The notes beneath the pieces are model-generated. The model worked only from the letters and a program-made list of their open reading frames with translations, was not told where the DNA came from and did no database searches. Position numbers and translations under genes: made by a program. A stretch of DNA of 62,913 nt, the filler included, from Rhabdomonas costata (Eukaryota), in NCBI GenBank assembly GCA_019059605.1. It is 34 parts of 34 records of this genome, joined end to end, with 100 filler letters (N's around TTAATTAATTAA, not from the genome) between each part and the next. Parts side by side here need not be neighbours in the genome. Positions count along the whole stretch, not along the records: positions 1 to 1,754 come from JAHMHO010009554.1; positions 1,855 to 3,607 come from JAHMHO010009555.1; positions 3,708 to 5,462 come from JAHMHO010009556.1; positions 5,563 to 7,316 come from JAHMHO010009557.1; positions 7,417 to 9,170 come from JAHMHO010009558.1; positions 9,271 to 11,024 come from JAHMHO010009559.1; positions 11,125 to 12,878 come from JAHMHO010009560.1; 27 more parts are not named here. The stretch is one strand, 5' to 3'. Positions 1-12,332 of the stretch are shown in pieces (the stretch's first letter is position 1; every line of letters begins with the position of its first letter).

Positions 1-1131
1 GGGGTGTGGTGGATAAGATTCTGGGAGACCGCGTGCTGTGCCTGTGGAACGTGCCGCGGAGGTGTGCCCTGGCGGAGGTGTGTGCGGTGCGGGCCGGCCT
101 GGCGATGGCATCGCTCTGGGCTGCCATCGCCGCGGAGCTGAAGGAAACCTCTGAGGCGGAGCTGAAGCTTCGGGTGGGCATTGCTAGCTCCCTTGTGACC
201 TTCGGGAACTTCGGCAGTGACTCCATGAAGGTCCGTTTGATTGTGCCTGTGCCTTACCCGCTCGCATCCCAAGTCGCTTGCTGATTTTTCCGGGGTTTTT
301 GCCTTTAACGTTCTTTTTCGTTTTGTCCTTTCTTGTCTCAGGTCTTCACTGTGGTTGGAGAGGCCGTGGAGGTGGCGGTGGCCCTGCAGCGCGTGGGCTG
401 CAAGGAGCACGGCGTGCCCATCCTGGTGACGGAGGCCGTAGCGAAACAGGTGCATCTCCCCCACGCAAGGCTTAGCCTCTTGGGCAGGCTTTTTCTCAGT
501 CGCTTGCTTTTTAGCGTTTCCAGCGTCAATTCACGCTGCTGAGTTGATTTGCAATGTCAGATGCCCCGGTGTGTCCACGATGTTCAGGTAGTCGACCGAG
601 TTGGTATTTGTGTCCAGGGAAATGCGCCCCAGGTTGACCGCTTCCACCTCCGCCACAAGGAGGCTCTCCATATTTTGTTTCGAGGTGATGACCGCCAACC
701 AGGAGCCGTTACCACACGTCACCATAGCTCCAATCCAACTCTTGTTTCCGGAAAAAGCTCAGCAATACATCTCTTCACTTCGGTGTCTTGCAGCTGTAAA
801 TGAGAAAAACAAACACAAAAAAAACCAACGACCACCACAGTCAAACATTGGGAACAAGGCCTCAGCTCAAGGTGCCAAGGTGAGCCGTACACCCAGAATA
901 CAGGAAAAGTACAACATTGGGGCAGACGTACCTTCCCAATGTGTGCTTAGCAGCCATTGGGTGTGTACACCTCTCTCAGGTGGAGTGCTACCTGCAGACC
1001 GTGCCCCGCACGGTGCTGCGGCTGGCGTACCGGTCCCCCGCGAAGGTGGTGGGTTGCCTGCAGCCCATGGTCCCACACACCTCGGAGGTCTCCGAGAACC
1101 AGGACCTGGAGTATGTGCACGCCGCGGCGTG
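1..1131 (+). CDS. Class III nucleotide cyclase catalytic domain, partial, 3 exons
   Basis: Exons 1-230, 342-449 and 980 to about 1131 with GT-AG introns. The spliced protein reads VDKILGDRV...LRVGIASSLVTFGNFGSDSMK/VFTVVGEAVEVAVALQRVGCKEHGVPILVTE, matching the cyclase pattern DKFIGD...RIGI..G..GS....YTVIGD.VN.A.RL. Confidence 0.85.
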
Positions 1132-1754
1132 GTGCATCTGTTGTTTTTATCAAAAAAAAAAATCCGTTGTCCTGCCAAGTACCGCTTTATTCCTGCTTCA
1201 GCATTAATCAGGGCTGTGTCACAGTGTACTAATCTGCCCGCCGTGTTTAAAACCACTTCTTTTTTCGTTGCTGTGAAATGTTTAAAAGTGTATCCCTTAG
1301 GCCGGAGGTCACGGTTTTTCAATGGTATGTTAGTGTGCTGAATGCGGTAAACCACTCAGTTTGTCCTCAGCTTACCGTTTTCCTCGGCCCTGGTGGAGCA
1401 CAGGGGCAGTCCGTTGTATGTAACGGCGTTAAACGAGTCCAACAAAGCCCCACCTTCGCAGGTAATCGCTTTCTTCACTGGTTTTTCCAGGATGTCTTGG
1501 GTCAGCGGAGCCCCTTGGAGACGATGCACGTGTCCGTGTGTCATCATGTGTGTTATTTCGTCTCGCACGGGATTTGTGATACACCTTTTCGAATGGGGGT
1601 TAGGCTTGAGATACACGCGACTCCAAAACGAGAGGTTCGTATAACCTTGTTGCGTTGTGTATTTGGCCGTTATAGGCATTATACCGAACTCCTGCCCCCT
1701 TACATTTCTCCGAACCCTTTTCCTCCCAAATGAAAACGGCTGCTAACCCACAAA

Positions 1755-1854
1755 NNNNNNNNNNNNNNNNNNNNNNNNNNNNNNNNNNNNNNNNNNNNTT
1801 AATTAATTAANNNNNNNNNNNNNNNNNNNNNNNNNNNNNNNNNNNNNNNNNNNN
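1755..1854. other. Artificial contig linker N44-TTAATTAATTAA-N44 (first of 33)
   Basis: The same spacer, with stops in all six frames, recurs about every 1.85 kb; the core starts at 1799, 3652, 5507, 7361 and so on to 59225 and 61109. This gives 34 contigs of near-identical length. Confidence 0.98.
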
Positions 1855-3000
1855 GGGTGGGGTGGGCATTGGATCTACCCTCTCATCGGTTGGCGGCGGC
1901 GGCTGTCCAGGTTGAGAAGGACTTCGTCTTCGTCTTCGTCTTCCGGTAGAAAACTAACAGTGTCCAGGATTCGTGCCTGATACGGAATGGGTAGGCTGGT
2001 AAGACCGGGGTCGTGTCCAAAGATGATTTCAAAGGGCATTTCGACTCGCATGGACGTGCGGCTCATCATCAATACCTTTTCAAGGCACAAACAAAAGGGG
2101 GAACTTGTGAAAGATCTCCAAGGATGGATTCAATTCAGAACCAGAGAGTTTATTTTGCCATGTCCTCGGGGCGACGTTTTTTTCTTCAGTTTTCACCGGT
2201 CAGGTTGTCTTGGGTGCCTGGTGCGAAAAACTGGAAGGACAGACAGTGATTCTCGTGCAAGCAACCAGAAATAAAGCAGAGACAAGTGAGCGTGTCTTTG
2301 GCTTTCACGGAATACTGCTTTAAGTTGTGGGGGAAGTTGTGGGGGACCCCCACAAACATGTGGGGTCGCTGTGTGTCATACTCCCCATGCCCGGTTGAAT
2401 TCGCGGGCTAGGAGGGCTGGAGAAAAAGTGCAACCTAGAAACCTAGAAATTTGCTATATATTTTTTGTAATTTCGACACCTCCAAAAATGTCTTGAACAC
2501 TGTTTTGTTTTGCACTTTTTTGTAACGCGATTTTGGGGCCAGATGGGCAGGCCCATTGGGTGGTTGGACCAGAGTGCACCAGGGTAACCCCAAACCGGGA
2601 ACCCCTGGGCTGGCTATGGAGGGTGGGGAGAGAATTGTGGTTGGGCTGCACAGTGGCGGCAGCTTTGAAAAATGTCCCCATAGTGCCCCGCTTCTAGTGC
2701 TAGGCTCCACTTGCGCCAGGTTGGGTTCGTGGGGTTCGTGGCGGTGATTTCTGAGTCCCCTAATTTGTCGCAGTGGTCAGCAACGCTCAGCCTTTCCATG
2801 GTTTTTTGGTTTTCACAGGGCCCTGGGAAGTGAGTCACCTATCGCTGAGGTGTGGCAAATCGTGCTTCCCGTTTGCCTTTGATCTCTGCCAGTGTGTGTG
2901 TGTGGGGGGGGGGGCAGTCGCAGACGCCGAACCACCAGGGGGAGAGCATGGGCTGTGTGCTGGAGTCTTTTTGGGTAAAAAATCCGGCGAGATGCCCTGA

Positions 3001-3330
3001 GACAGCACAGCATGAGACACGAACACACCACAGCACCACCACAGCATCCCCCAACCCCACCAACACCCAACACCCTCACACCCACAGAGTCAAGCACTAC
3101 AGGAACGCTAACACCAGGAACCACACCACCAACGCTACCACCATGAGAGCCAAGAACACCATGAGAGCCGACAACCACCGCAGGAGTAACGCTAACACCA
3201 CCACCACCACTACACACAAGAAGCACAGAGGAAGCATCAACACCAGCAACACCAAGAGCACTAACCCTACGCTAACAGCCTCAACAGTGACACCAACACA
3301 CCAGTACACTACAAGCACACAGAACTACAG
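3001..3330 (-). pseudogene. G/T-rich, possibly nad4-derived mitochondrial-type fragment
   Basis: The minus strand reads VTVEAVSVGLVLL..LMLPLCFL...ALMVFLALMVVALVVWF and, after a frameshift, SVPVV...CSCLMLCCL. This loosely follows nad4 (DGISL.LVLLT..L.PLC.L ... IP ... GS..ML) and has the same skewed composition as the nad5 contig. Confidence 0.3.
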
Positions 3331-3719
3331 ACACAGAGGGCATGGTTGAGAGAGAGCATGGTGTAGAGAGAGCATGGTTGACTACACCCTTCGACTCCAC
3401 TACAGACACACACACCGACTCCTACTCCAACACCAACGGTGAGACCAACACCAACACCACTAGCCCACTACAGCACCAACACCTCCCATCGACACCGGAA
3501 TAGCCCACAGCAACTGGAGACGGAGACGCAGAGACAGCAACACCAACACCACCACACCCTAAGCACTGACACTGACACGGACCCACTCCAACACAACCAC
3601 AATAACTNNNNNNNNNNNNNNNNNNNNNNNNNNNNNNNNNNNNNNNNNNNNTTAATTAATTAANNNNNNNNNNNNNNNNNNNNNNNNNNNNNNNNNNNNN
3701 NNNNNNNGGGGGGTCCCGC

Positions 3720-4450
3720 TAGGGCAGGATCCTTGATGAGCCAGGCGGATGCGTAGGGTTGTGGTGTTGCGAGTGCTTTTTCGGATTGGCGTGTGCTCCG
3801 TGTTTTTTTCTGTAAAACCGTGGAAAAGGGCGTTAAGGACAGAACTCGTGTCTGGACTCCTTTGTGCCCAGGGTGAAGTTTTGACGGAATCCTTTTTTCC
3901 CATGGTGTTGCGTGAAATCAGAGTTGACCTTCAATCGGGGAGAAAGGGCGAGTGGGTCTCCATGTCGACTGAAGCAAGGGATCCCGTTCCTTGGGTCTGA
4001 GAGGAAGAAGCGAGCTCGCAAACAACCGCTGTCGGGGAGTCTCCGAGGAGTCTCCGATCAATGCCTGGACGTTTAGTGCTGAGTCCCCAGAGCCACTTCG
4101 AAAGCTGAGCGGTTCCACCCGGCTGCTGCTGATTCTTCGTGTGCGAAACACGATGCCTCGGTGAGAAAGGCTACAGCTCCCATGGAAAGAGGATCAAACT
4201 CAACCAGCCGGTCCAAAAAAAAAACGCTCAAGCCCCGCCAAACTTTTCGCTGTATTCCTCGAAATGAGTCGCAGGCCCGACTGACATGGGAGCCAAGAAC
4301 CGTAAGACCCTGAGAGAGAGTGAGAGGGATGGTAGAGAGATGCAAAAGAGAACCCTCAGGGGAAAGCGAATCATCCCCCCAAACCCGCTTCGTAGCCCAA
4401 TTGAGTGTGAGGCCGTGCTGCTCAACAAGGGGAAGAAGTGCGGCAAGTTG
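3720..4450 (-). mobile_element. Degenerate non-LTR retrotransposon (CRE/SLACS-like) RT C-terminal region
   Basis: Ordered motifs across frameshifts: HGLTLNWATKRVW (GL.lN..K..vW), GLTVLGSHV (G..vLG.p), LLPLRP (LPlr.GG) and LRIRLA (lr.RLG). Confidence 0.45.
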
Positions 4451-4797
4451 GCCAATTTTTTGCGTTTGCGAAAGAAACGAAGAACAAATGTAAAAGAAAC
4501 CCAAAATCCAAGGTTCCCGAAAAAAAGCCAAATATCGTAAAATATCATAATAAAGAGTAAAGGACGTAAAAGATGATGCATGGTCAGGAAAGTTTTTTTT
4601 TTCAGGTTTTGGACTCTCCGCTCACCTTGTTAGTAAAGTGTTGTTTTGTGTTCACGCAAAACTGTTGCACGCATTTCCCACCTCCAGTATGGTGCTGCGG
4701 CGACTAATTTTGGTTCATGGTGTTGCCTTTCTAGCATTTGCAACGTTGTGACAGTAGTGGTGTCTTGAGCTCGAACCTCCAAGAACTAGATCACCAC

Positions 4798-5105
4798 CTA
4801 CGGTAGGATGATACAATACTCCGTAGACGTAATAAGACCCACCCAAGCCAACCCAGTCAGCTCAATGACATACCAAGACACAAGTTCGTACTTAGGCAGT
4901 TCAAAAGAAATTCGAGAACCCTCAAACATACCCAACGACAACAGCAACAACGCAACATTCCAGTGAGCTATGGCCTGCCACACATCATCATACCCACACC
5001 CATGCACCAAACAAGAACTCGTGAGACTTTCGCAACCTGCTTTCAAACGAATGCGTTGGAAACACTGCGTAGGCCATGTATCCTGTGACTGACGGACTCG
5101 TAGAA
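4798..5105 (-). pseudogene. nad1: nad1-derived fragment, probable NUMT
   Basis: LLLLSLGMFEGSRISFELPKYELVSWYVIELTGLAWVGLITSTEYCII aligns by eye with the nad1 motif E..R.PFDLPEAESELV.GY.vEysG....EY, with a short deletion. An upstream frame gives GYMAYAVFPTHSFES (cf. G.lR.vaqtiSyE). Flanks are A/T-run-rich nuclear-type DNA. Confidence 0.65.
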
Positions 5106-6782
5106 CGCTTTTTATCTGTATCACTTTTTGATTTTTGTTTCCCCTTGTTTTTCGCCTTGCTTTTATTTTGCTGACATTGGAAAATTGTCAAAGTCAAAAA
5201 CGTCAAAAAAAAAACGAAAAAATTCGCTCAAAAAATCGTAAAAAAAAATTTGCAAAGAAAAATTTTCCAAAAACCTAAAAATTCGCCAACTCTGGCCAAG
5301 TGCTTGAGAGAGCTAACGAGTTTTTCAAAACGTTTAACGCTCCCGTCATACCTAAGCATATGACTTTTGTGCATAGGCCCCAGGAAATGATGACACCGAC
5401 TTGGAATGCTTCGCTTTGCAGCTACCCCCGAGGCCTTAAAAGGCCCGGGGGTAGCTGCAAACNNNNNNNNNNNNNNNNNNNNNNNNNNNNNNNNNNNNNN
5501 NNNNNNTTAATTAATTAANNNNNNNNNNNNNNNNNNNNNNNNNNNNNNNNNNNNNNNNNNNNGCAACGTGGGCAGCAGATACCGGGGCGGGGGCCTGGGG
5601 ACTCTCGCAAAATGCACTGCCACAGCTGTGCGCGTCCGTGTGATTCGAGTAAAAAAAAGGAGTGAAAGTGTGAGGGTTTTGCCTCATTTCTCTTCACAGA
5701 CGCAACAAACCGTAAAAGCGAAAATCTCTCGCACCTCCCCCTCCCAACTCCAAACACGACAGGTAACCAATCCCCAGGAAGCAAGGGACAGAAAACGGAA
5801 AATCAAAGCTCCTTCAGAGGAAGCCAATTCACCCTGCCCCCCCGTCACCTTGTCCAGGACTCCGCCCGTGGAGATGATCTCTCCACACATGGTCTGAAAG
5901 AACTCCGCCATTGTGCTCACCAGAACCTCGGATGGGGTTGCCTCGCACAAAGAGGTGAACCCTACACATCGCGCAAAAAGTCTTGCAAGCAACCCTTCCA
6001 CGGGGAGTTGGGGTTTGGGGGTAACCACTGGTACATTCTTGCAGGCATATACCAAAACAGCAAATTAGCACGGGGGTCTTTTCCGTCGGCGGCTAATTAC
6101 GAGGCACCACTTCCTCGGACTTAACTACACAGGCCCAACCTTACCACCTTACATCCAATCCTCGCATCTCCCCAATTTCACCTCCACTCACCCTCGGCAA
6201 AATATGCGCCGCGTACCACATCCACACCCACAAAGCTCTGAGGCCGGCAGTGGGCCCACACAAGGGTTCTCCAATGCATCAGGTGTGCACATCAGGAGAT
6301 ACTCTCACTTACCTCGGGCTTGCGACACCACCACAAAGACTTCTTTCGTTCCTTTCGTTTTTCTGCAATAGGGGGGGGGGGCATAAAGAGGGTGATAAAG
6401 GGGGTGATGGCGCCCAGCCCGCGAAGCAGTCCTCCAAGGAGCGGAAGAAAACCGGTGGTGACGAAAGGTGCCGAAAGACGTGAAGCCAACTGCACTTAAC
6501 CCTTCCTTCCGCTGAGACTTTGGGGATTGCCGTCACACCACCTGACCCCCGTGTTTCGAATGACATGTCCCAGTCATACCACAGCATGACATGAAACAAA
6601 TCGGCACAGTTCACTGGACTTATTGCCAAAGAGCTTTTAAATATATGGACCTAAATATAGCTTTTAAATATGGACCTTTCCGGCTGCGCTAGGTTTTGTT
6701 GGCTGAAATGGAACCTTCCAAGGTGCTTCAGTAAGCCAAAATAATCACTACCAGCCTACACGGAGATGTGCACTTGACGCAC

Positions 6783-7316
6783 CGTGGTCAGCAGGGAGAC
6801 CCCCACAGCGGGGACGTTGAGGTAGCCATCGGGAGGAGCGTTTGCGATTTGCTTCGGCACCGTCACCCCGGCGCTGGCCAGAAGGCTGACGAAGTACCCC
6901 GACCACCCCACGGCCACCGTGGAGGCGGAGACGAGGTACTCCAGCATGAGGTCCCAGCCAATGATCCACGCAGTGATCTCGTTCAAAGTGACGTAGGCAT
7001 AGGTGTAGGCGCTGCCTGTGAGCGGATGGGGATTCGATAAACGAGAACATACACCCCAAAAAGGCTTTTGGAAATGTGGAAACAGCAAAACTGTGCAGGT
7101 GCAAATACGCTGCAGTTCACGATGGACGCATGTGGATGAGTACAGTTACTCTGCCCAAGCAGAACACACCGACCTGCGACTGGAATCATCGACGCGAACT
7201 CCGCGTAGCACAGCGCGGCGAACAGGCACCCCACTGCGCTAATCACAAAGCTGAGCGCAATCGCTGGCCCCGCGTACTCTGCCGCGGCCTGCCCCGTGAT
7301 CACGAAGATCCCCCCC
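6783..7316 (-). CDS. APC-family cationic amino acid permease, partial, 2 exons
   Basis: Exons 7316-7174 and 7015-6783 with a GT-AG intron. Protein: GIFVITGQAAAEYAGPAIALSFVISAVGCLFAALCYAEFASMIPVAG/SAYTYAYVTLNEITAWIIGWDLMLEY. Confidence 0.93.
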
Positions 7317-7419
7317 NNNNNNNNNNNNNNNNNNNNNNNNNNNNNNNNNNNNNNNNNNNNTTAATTAATTAANNNNNNNNNNNNNNNNNNNNNNNNNNNN
7401 NNNNNNNNNNNNNNNNTGT

Positions 7420-7548
7420 GTGTTGTCTACTGTTGCGTAGATTCCTTAACCTATGGTCTTTGGTCATTCGCTTTGAACTCCTGTGATGAGTTCAAAGCGA
7501 ATGACCAAAGACCATAGGTTAAGGAATCTACGCAACAGTAGGCAACAC
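7420..7548. repeat. 61-bp inverted repeat (fold-back) at contig start
   Basis: Arms 7420-7480 and 7488-7548, 7-nt loop, one mismatch near the contig end. Confidence 0.95.
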
Positions 7549-7916
7549 GAAGGGGTCTCAAACAGCGGGTGCCTGCATCTGCATATTACCTATACTCTGA
7601 CAACCGGTTATTCGAGGTCGGCGCTCCGAAATAGACTCGTGGGATTCAAGTTTCGCTCATTCTGACCACAGGCTTCTTCAATGAATTTCCCCTGCCACCT
7701 GAGACGCAAACAGTGCCGATCAGACTAAATAGTTTGTTTTTCTGCATCCCCTTCCTCAAAAACATTGCTGAACAAAGTTGGATCGATTGAACCTTATAAT
7801 TTCCCAATGTCCCCATTTTTGACGCTTGACACTTCCGTCCCCTTCCTCATCCTCATCTTGCTGATTCGGGTCCTCCGACAATCCGCTCTTCCTACACATC
7901 CCCTAACGCCTTACAG

Positions 7917-9110
7917 CTTTACCCTGACCCGGCTGGCGCTGGGGTACAACCAGATCGGCAACGAGGGGCTGGTGGCCTTGGCCAAGGGCATGCCTAGCAA
8001 CCGCAGCCTGCAGGTGTTGGACGTCGGTAACAACGCCCTGGACGGCGGGGGGCTCAGCGAGTTCCTCTCCGCGCTGAGCGAGACGGAGCCCCCTCTGGAG
8101 ACCCTGGATCTTAGCGAGAACAAGCTCACCGATGAGGGGGTGCAGGAGCTCGGGGCGGAGCTGGCCAACTCCCTGCCCAACTTAAAGGCCTTGGGACTGC
8201 GGAACTGGTAAGGGGTAAGGGGCCTCCGCTGGGACACAAACACCTACCCGTTCACGCACGCTCACACACTCACACGCACATACACTCACAAACTCTCTCC
8301 TCTCACCGAAGCACGGCAACACCTGTAGTCACGTCAAAGCTTGTGTGCCTTTTGCTGCCCATTTACACAAGCAATGGAAAAGCTCAAAGTTGCATTTCAA
8401 GAAGAGTATGCCTCAGCCGCCCAGCTCGCTGTACAAACATCACCCAAACCAACAACCCAGTTCGTCCCTAACCGAGTGGAGTCCCAATCCCACCCCCGCT
8501 GTACACCGCACAACGAACAACCGAGCCCGTTTCGTTGGGTTTTTGTTTTTCGGTTCGGTGTGTATGTGTGTGTGTCCCGAAGTCCCGTGCCCTGGCTAAG
8601 AGGAAGATCCTGAGGATCCCAGGGAGACGAAGAGTTGAAGAGTGGCCGCCGAGCTTTCAGCACAGTGGGCGAGGGAGCGGGTAGAAGCTCCCTACAAGCG
8701 CGGTAAAATGCGCCCTCAAGGTTTCCCAAGAACCTCCGCCCAGCAGCAGAGGGGTGATCCGTATCCCGAGAATTGGCCAAGCAGTGGGAGAGTATTCAAA
8801 AGCCCTCTGGAGACAGAAAAGACCTCCACCAAAACAGTGCCTTGTGCACGAAGCGTGTATGCGTGTGCAGTGAGAGATAAGTAGGTGTCCATACGCACTT
8901 CCCGAGTCCCCCTGCTCCCCCCTTTTCAGTGACCTCACTGATGAAGGGGTGAAGCAGCTATGTGTGAACCTGCATGCGGCCCGGTTGGAAAACGGAGGGC
9001 GGCTGCAGCTGACCAGCCTGGACCTCTCCGAGAACGCCATCACGGCCAATACCATCCAAGACGGCGTGTGCAGGCTCCTCACGGGTCGCCGCTACGTCAC
9101 CCTCTCCGCC
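7917..9110 (+). CDS. Ribonuclease-inhibitor-type leucine-rich repeat protein, partial
   Basis: Exons 7917-8207 and 8930 to about 9110 with a GT-AG intron. Repeats: LTRLALGYNQIGNEG, LQVLDVGNNAL, LETLDLSENKLTDEG, LKALGLRNC/DLTDEG, LTSLDLSENAI. Confidence 0.9.
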
Positions 9111-10115
9111 ACCGCGCTCACCCCGCGCTCGGCGGGGCAGCAGTCCCCACAGCAAACCCCCCGCCAAACANNNNNNNNNNNNNNNNNNNNNNNNNNNNNN
9201 NNNNNNNNNNNNNNTTAATTAATTAANNNNNNNNNNNNNNNNNNNNNNNNNNNNNNNNNNNNNNNNNNNNTGTGGGTGGTTGCAGGGATTACTTTATATG
9301 AATTTTTTAAAGCAAGAAAATATCTTTTGCAGGTTTGCACGATCGCTACATTACATTTTAATGCTATTTTTTTTTACAATATCAAAAGGAAGATGTTTGG
9401 GAAATGCCCACTGGTCATACATATGCAAACTTATGTACTGTCCACCCAGCCAAATGCGTGGTCCATTACAAAGTATCCAAATACAAGAACTGCTCACGAG
9501 TAAAGGGTGCGGTGCCGCCACAGTGGCACAGACTATACCTCTGCAGAGGTCGACCACAAGACGTGGAGAAAAGAGAGTCTTGAACACGATAAGGCCCGGA
9601 ACATCAGAGCTGCAGTCCATTCGAATGGTCAAACGACTGTCCCTGTAAGGAAGGTCAAAATCCCCCCCATCACAAAGATCCTGGAGCATAATTCCTGGAA
9701 ACGGAAAAAAGGACACAGAGATGATTAGTCTCATGCCAACGAATATAGAGTGTGTTGCCTCATCAACTCCAACTCAAGGTTACGATCGCACTTACCCACC
9801 TGAAGGGAACGCAGCTGATGCAATCCCTCGCATTCGCCCGGTCCCTCTTTTGAATGTTCTTAAATTGATGCAGCTGGAGTTAGAGTCCGAGTTGGAAAGG
9901 TATACCCCCGCGTCATTGAGTTCCTGATCCAGCAGCCAATGGTAGTTCAAATTTACGGAACGTGGGCACACGGCACGGGCAAATGATTTCCGGAACTCTA
10001 CTCTGCAAACTTTTGTTTCTGCCAGGGTCGAGCCACGGTGGCTGAGTTCCGTGGCGGAAACAAACGTTTACATAGGAAAGTGTGAATACAAAGGGAAATC
10101 CAAATCTCTGCATAC

Positions 10116-10543
10116 CGACTAGCGTCCTGCTGATCGAGGGAAATCGTCGCCTTTCCTCCACCACGGAAAAACACCGTCAGTGTCCAGGGCCAACCAACCG
10201 CATTTCGGTAGTTCTCCATGTGCTGGCAGACCTGCGTTTTGGAAGGGATGGTGAGGTGGACAAAGTTGTGGTCTGGGCGGTATTTCTCCTCGTCCCAGTC
10301 GTACAGATCTTGTATGACTGCGGCGGTGTCCACAATGTCCACCCCGACGTGGTTGTACAGGCAGAATTCCGTCCCAATGCTTGACCTCCCGGATCCGGTG
10401 CTGACCCCGACCTGTGCGGCTAGCGGAGTGCTCACGGAATGGGCCTTCTCCTGGACCAGTCCCGAAGCTCCCCAAGTGAGGCACAACCAAAGCAAAACAG
10501 CAAGTGCCGCCCGCCCGGGCCTTCTCGCTGCGGTCATCACCAT
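10116..10543 (-). CDS. Secreted protein, first coding exon, function unknown
   Basis: ATG at 10543, hydrophobic signal peptide ALAVLLWLCLTWGASG, GC-rich coding composition, GT donor at 10115 and an AG acceptor 22 nt upstream of the ATG. Confidence 0.65.
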
Positions 10544-11133
10544 TGTGTGAAAATCGAAAGCCGGCCTGCGACACAAATACGCAGGAAACGAAGCATCGAC
10601 CAACGGACCAACGGAGGAAAGGGAGGGAAGGGGGCCCATCGTGCAGTGATAGCATTCCCCCAAAACCACCCGATCACCTTTTCTGAATTCGAGGGACAGA
10701 GAGGGCTGAAAGACGAAACATTGTATACGAGGACTCGAAAGCAGGGTAAAAAGAAAAAGATGTCCCTAGAATTCGGCGCGCGATGCTTCAATCAGATAAC
10801 TGGAGTCCTATTGTGAGCCGCAGCCAACCGGTTCACCACAAAAAGGAACAGGAACATCCGCCTGCCTTGCGGAAACATCCGCCTGCCCAGCACCTAGGAC
10901 TCTCAAAATGTTCCTGTCTGCCCAACCGTTCAGCAGAGACCACAAATACTCAAAGCGCCCATAGAAAGGTCGGGTAACCAAACACTAATCCCAGCCCACA
11001 GTCTCCTGCTCGAACAAAACCAACNNNNNNNNNNNNNNNNNNNNNNNNNNNNNNNNNNNNNNNNNNNNTTAATTAATTAANNNNNNNNNNNNNNNNNNNN
11101 NNNNNNNNNNNNNNNNNNNNNNNNTTTTTGTGT

Positions 11134-11225
11134 TGACCGATCAACAGAATTGGTATGAGGCTTGTTTATGGAAGACTTGTCAAAGCACCACAAACAAGCC
11201 TCATACCAATTCTGTTGATCGGTCA
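11134..11225. repeat. 34-bp inverted repeat at contig start
   Basis: Arms 11134-11167 and 11192-11225. Confidence 0.9.
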
Positions 11226-12332
11226 TCATAAAAGCCTTTACACTTTCAAAGTAACGCCTTTTTAGGTGCTTATTGGTACGAGACACATCCGCAACTCTGG
11301 ATGCACAGTAGCTAGTCGTAACCAACAAACCCACAATTAAGTTGCACGCGCACACACAATGGTGACATGTATTTAGGATCTACTCTGAAGTTTTTGTTTT
11401 GCACTCACATTAAAATAGTAATCAAATAATGTAAACGCAAAGGCAAAGACAAAACGTACATGGATCTCCATACACAAACTATTTTCACATTACATAACAC
11501 ACTTGATCACTTTTGGAAAACACAATATAACACACCTATATGAAAAACCACTAATACACTCATTAAACACCTCCTTCGAGCACATAACAAAAGCTTATCC
11601 CAATGGTACTGACCTCAAACTTTTTTAAAATCAAGGTACCACCTTCCATTGCAAAGCTGGCTTCCAACTGTCAGCTATTTCAGCGCCATTTACTGCGGTG
11701 ATTCTGGCCACTCCGGAGTCACCACAGGTGTTCCGATATGCCACTGTATCCAACAAATCTACCATAAATACCTCTGCAGCTAATGATGCATCTCTTAAAA
11801 AACAAATTTGCACAATGTGTAACTCTCAAACTGTAGTACATTTCTATGAAAATTACCGGCTTTAACTTCACTTCTTCTGCTTCAAAAAACTCTTCAAAAA
11901 TAGCATGTCCCACAGTTTGAAGCAACATTACATCTCCGCAAGCATCATCCTTTTAACCTTCAACACATCTCACACCTTGGTGTGGATACAAGCACCTCTG
12001 GAAGTGTGGAAGCTGGTTCACCACCTCCACTCTGTAAACATTCCGCTGAGGGTCCAACCACCAATCAAACCATGTGTAATATTGTGATTGGAAGCCGATG
12101 TTGCTCCATACTATGTTGAAATGATACCATTTATGTTATGAAACCCATCTCGGTGGGGTAAGAGCTGGTATTGGCTTTGGTGCTGGATGATTTGTGATCT
12201 TCAAATTGGATCCCACAACTGAAATCGGGCTAAACTCCTCTCACTGGTATGTAATGAGATGAACTCAACCCCTGTGTGATCAAACCGTAAACTGGATTCC
12301 GGAATCTATAGCCCGCTCCCAAGCTCTGTACA

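Noticed and set aside
7420-7548. Long hairpins (also 11134-11225, 12333-12877, 42406-42508, 57431-57570) as MITEs, miRNA precursors or terminators
   Set aside because: All five lie at a contig end, they share no sequence, and several mismatches fall in primer-like terminal bases. This pattern fits fold-back amplification chimeras.
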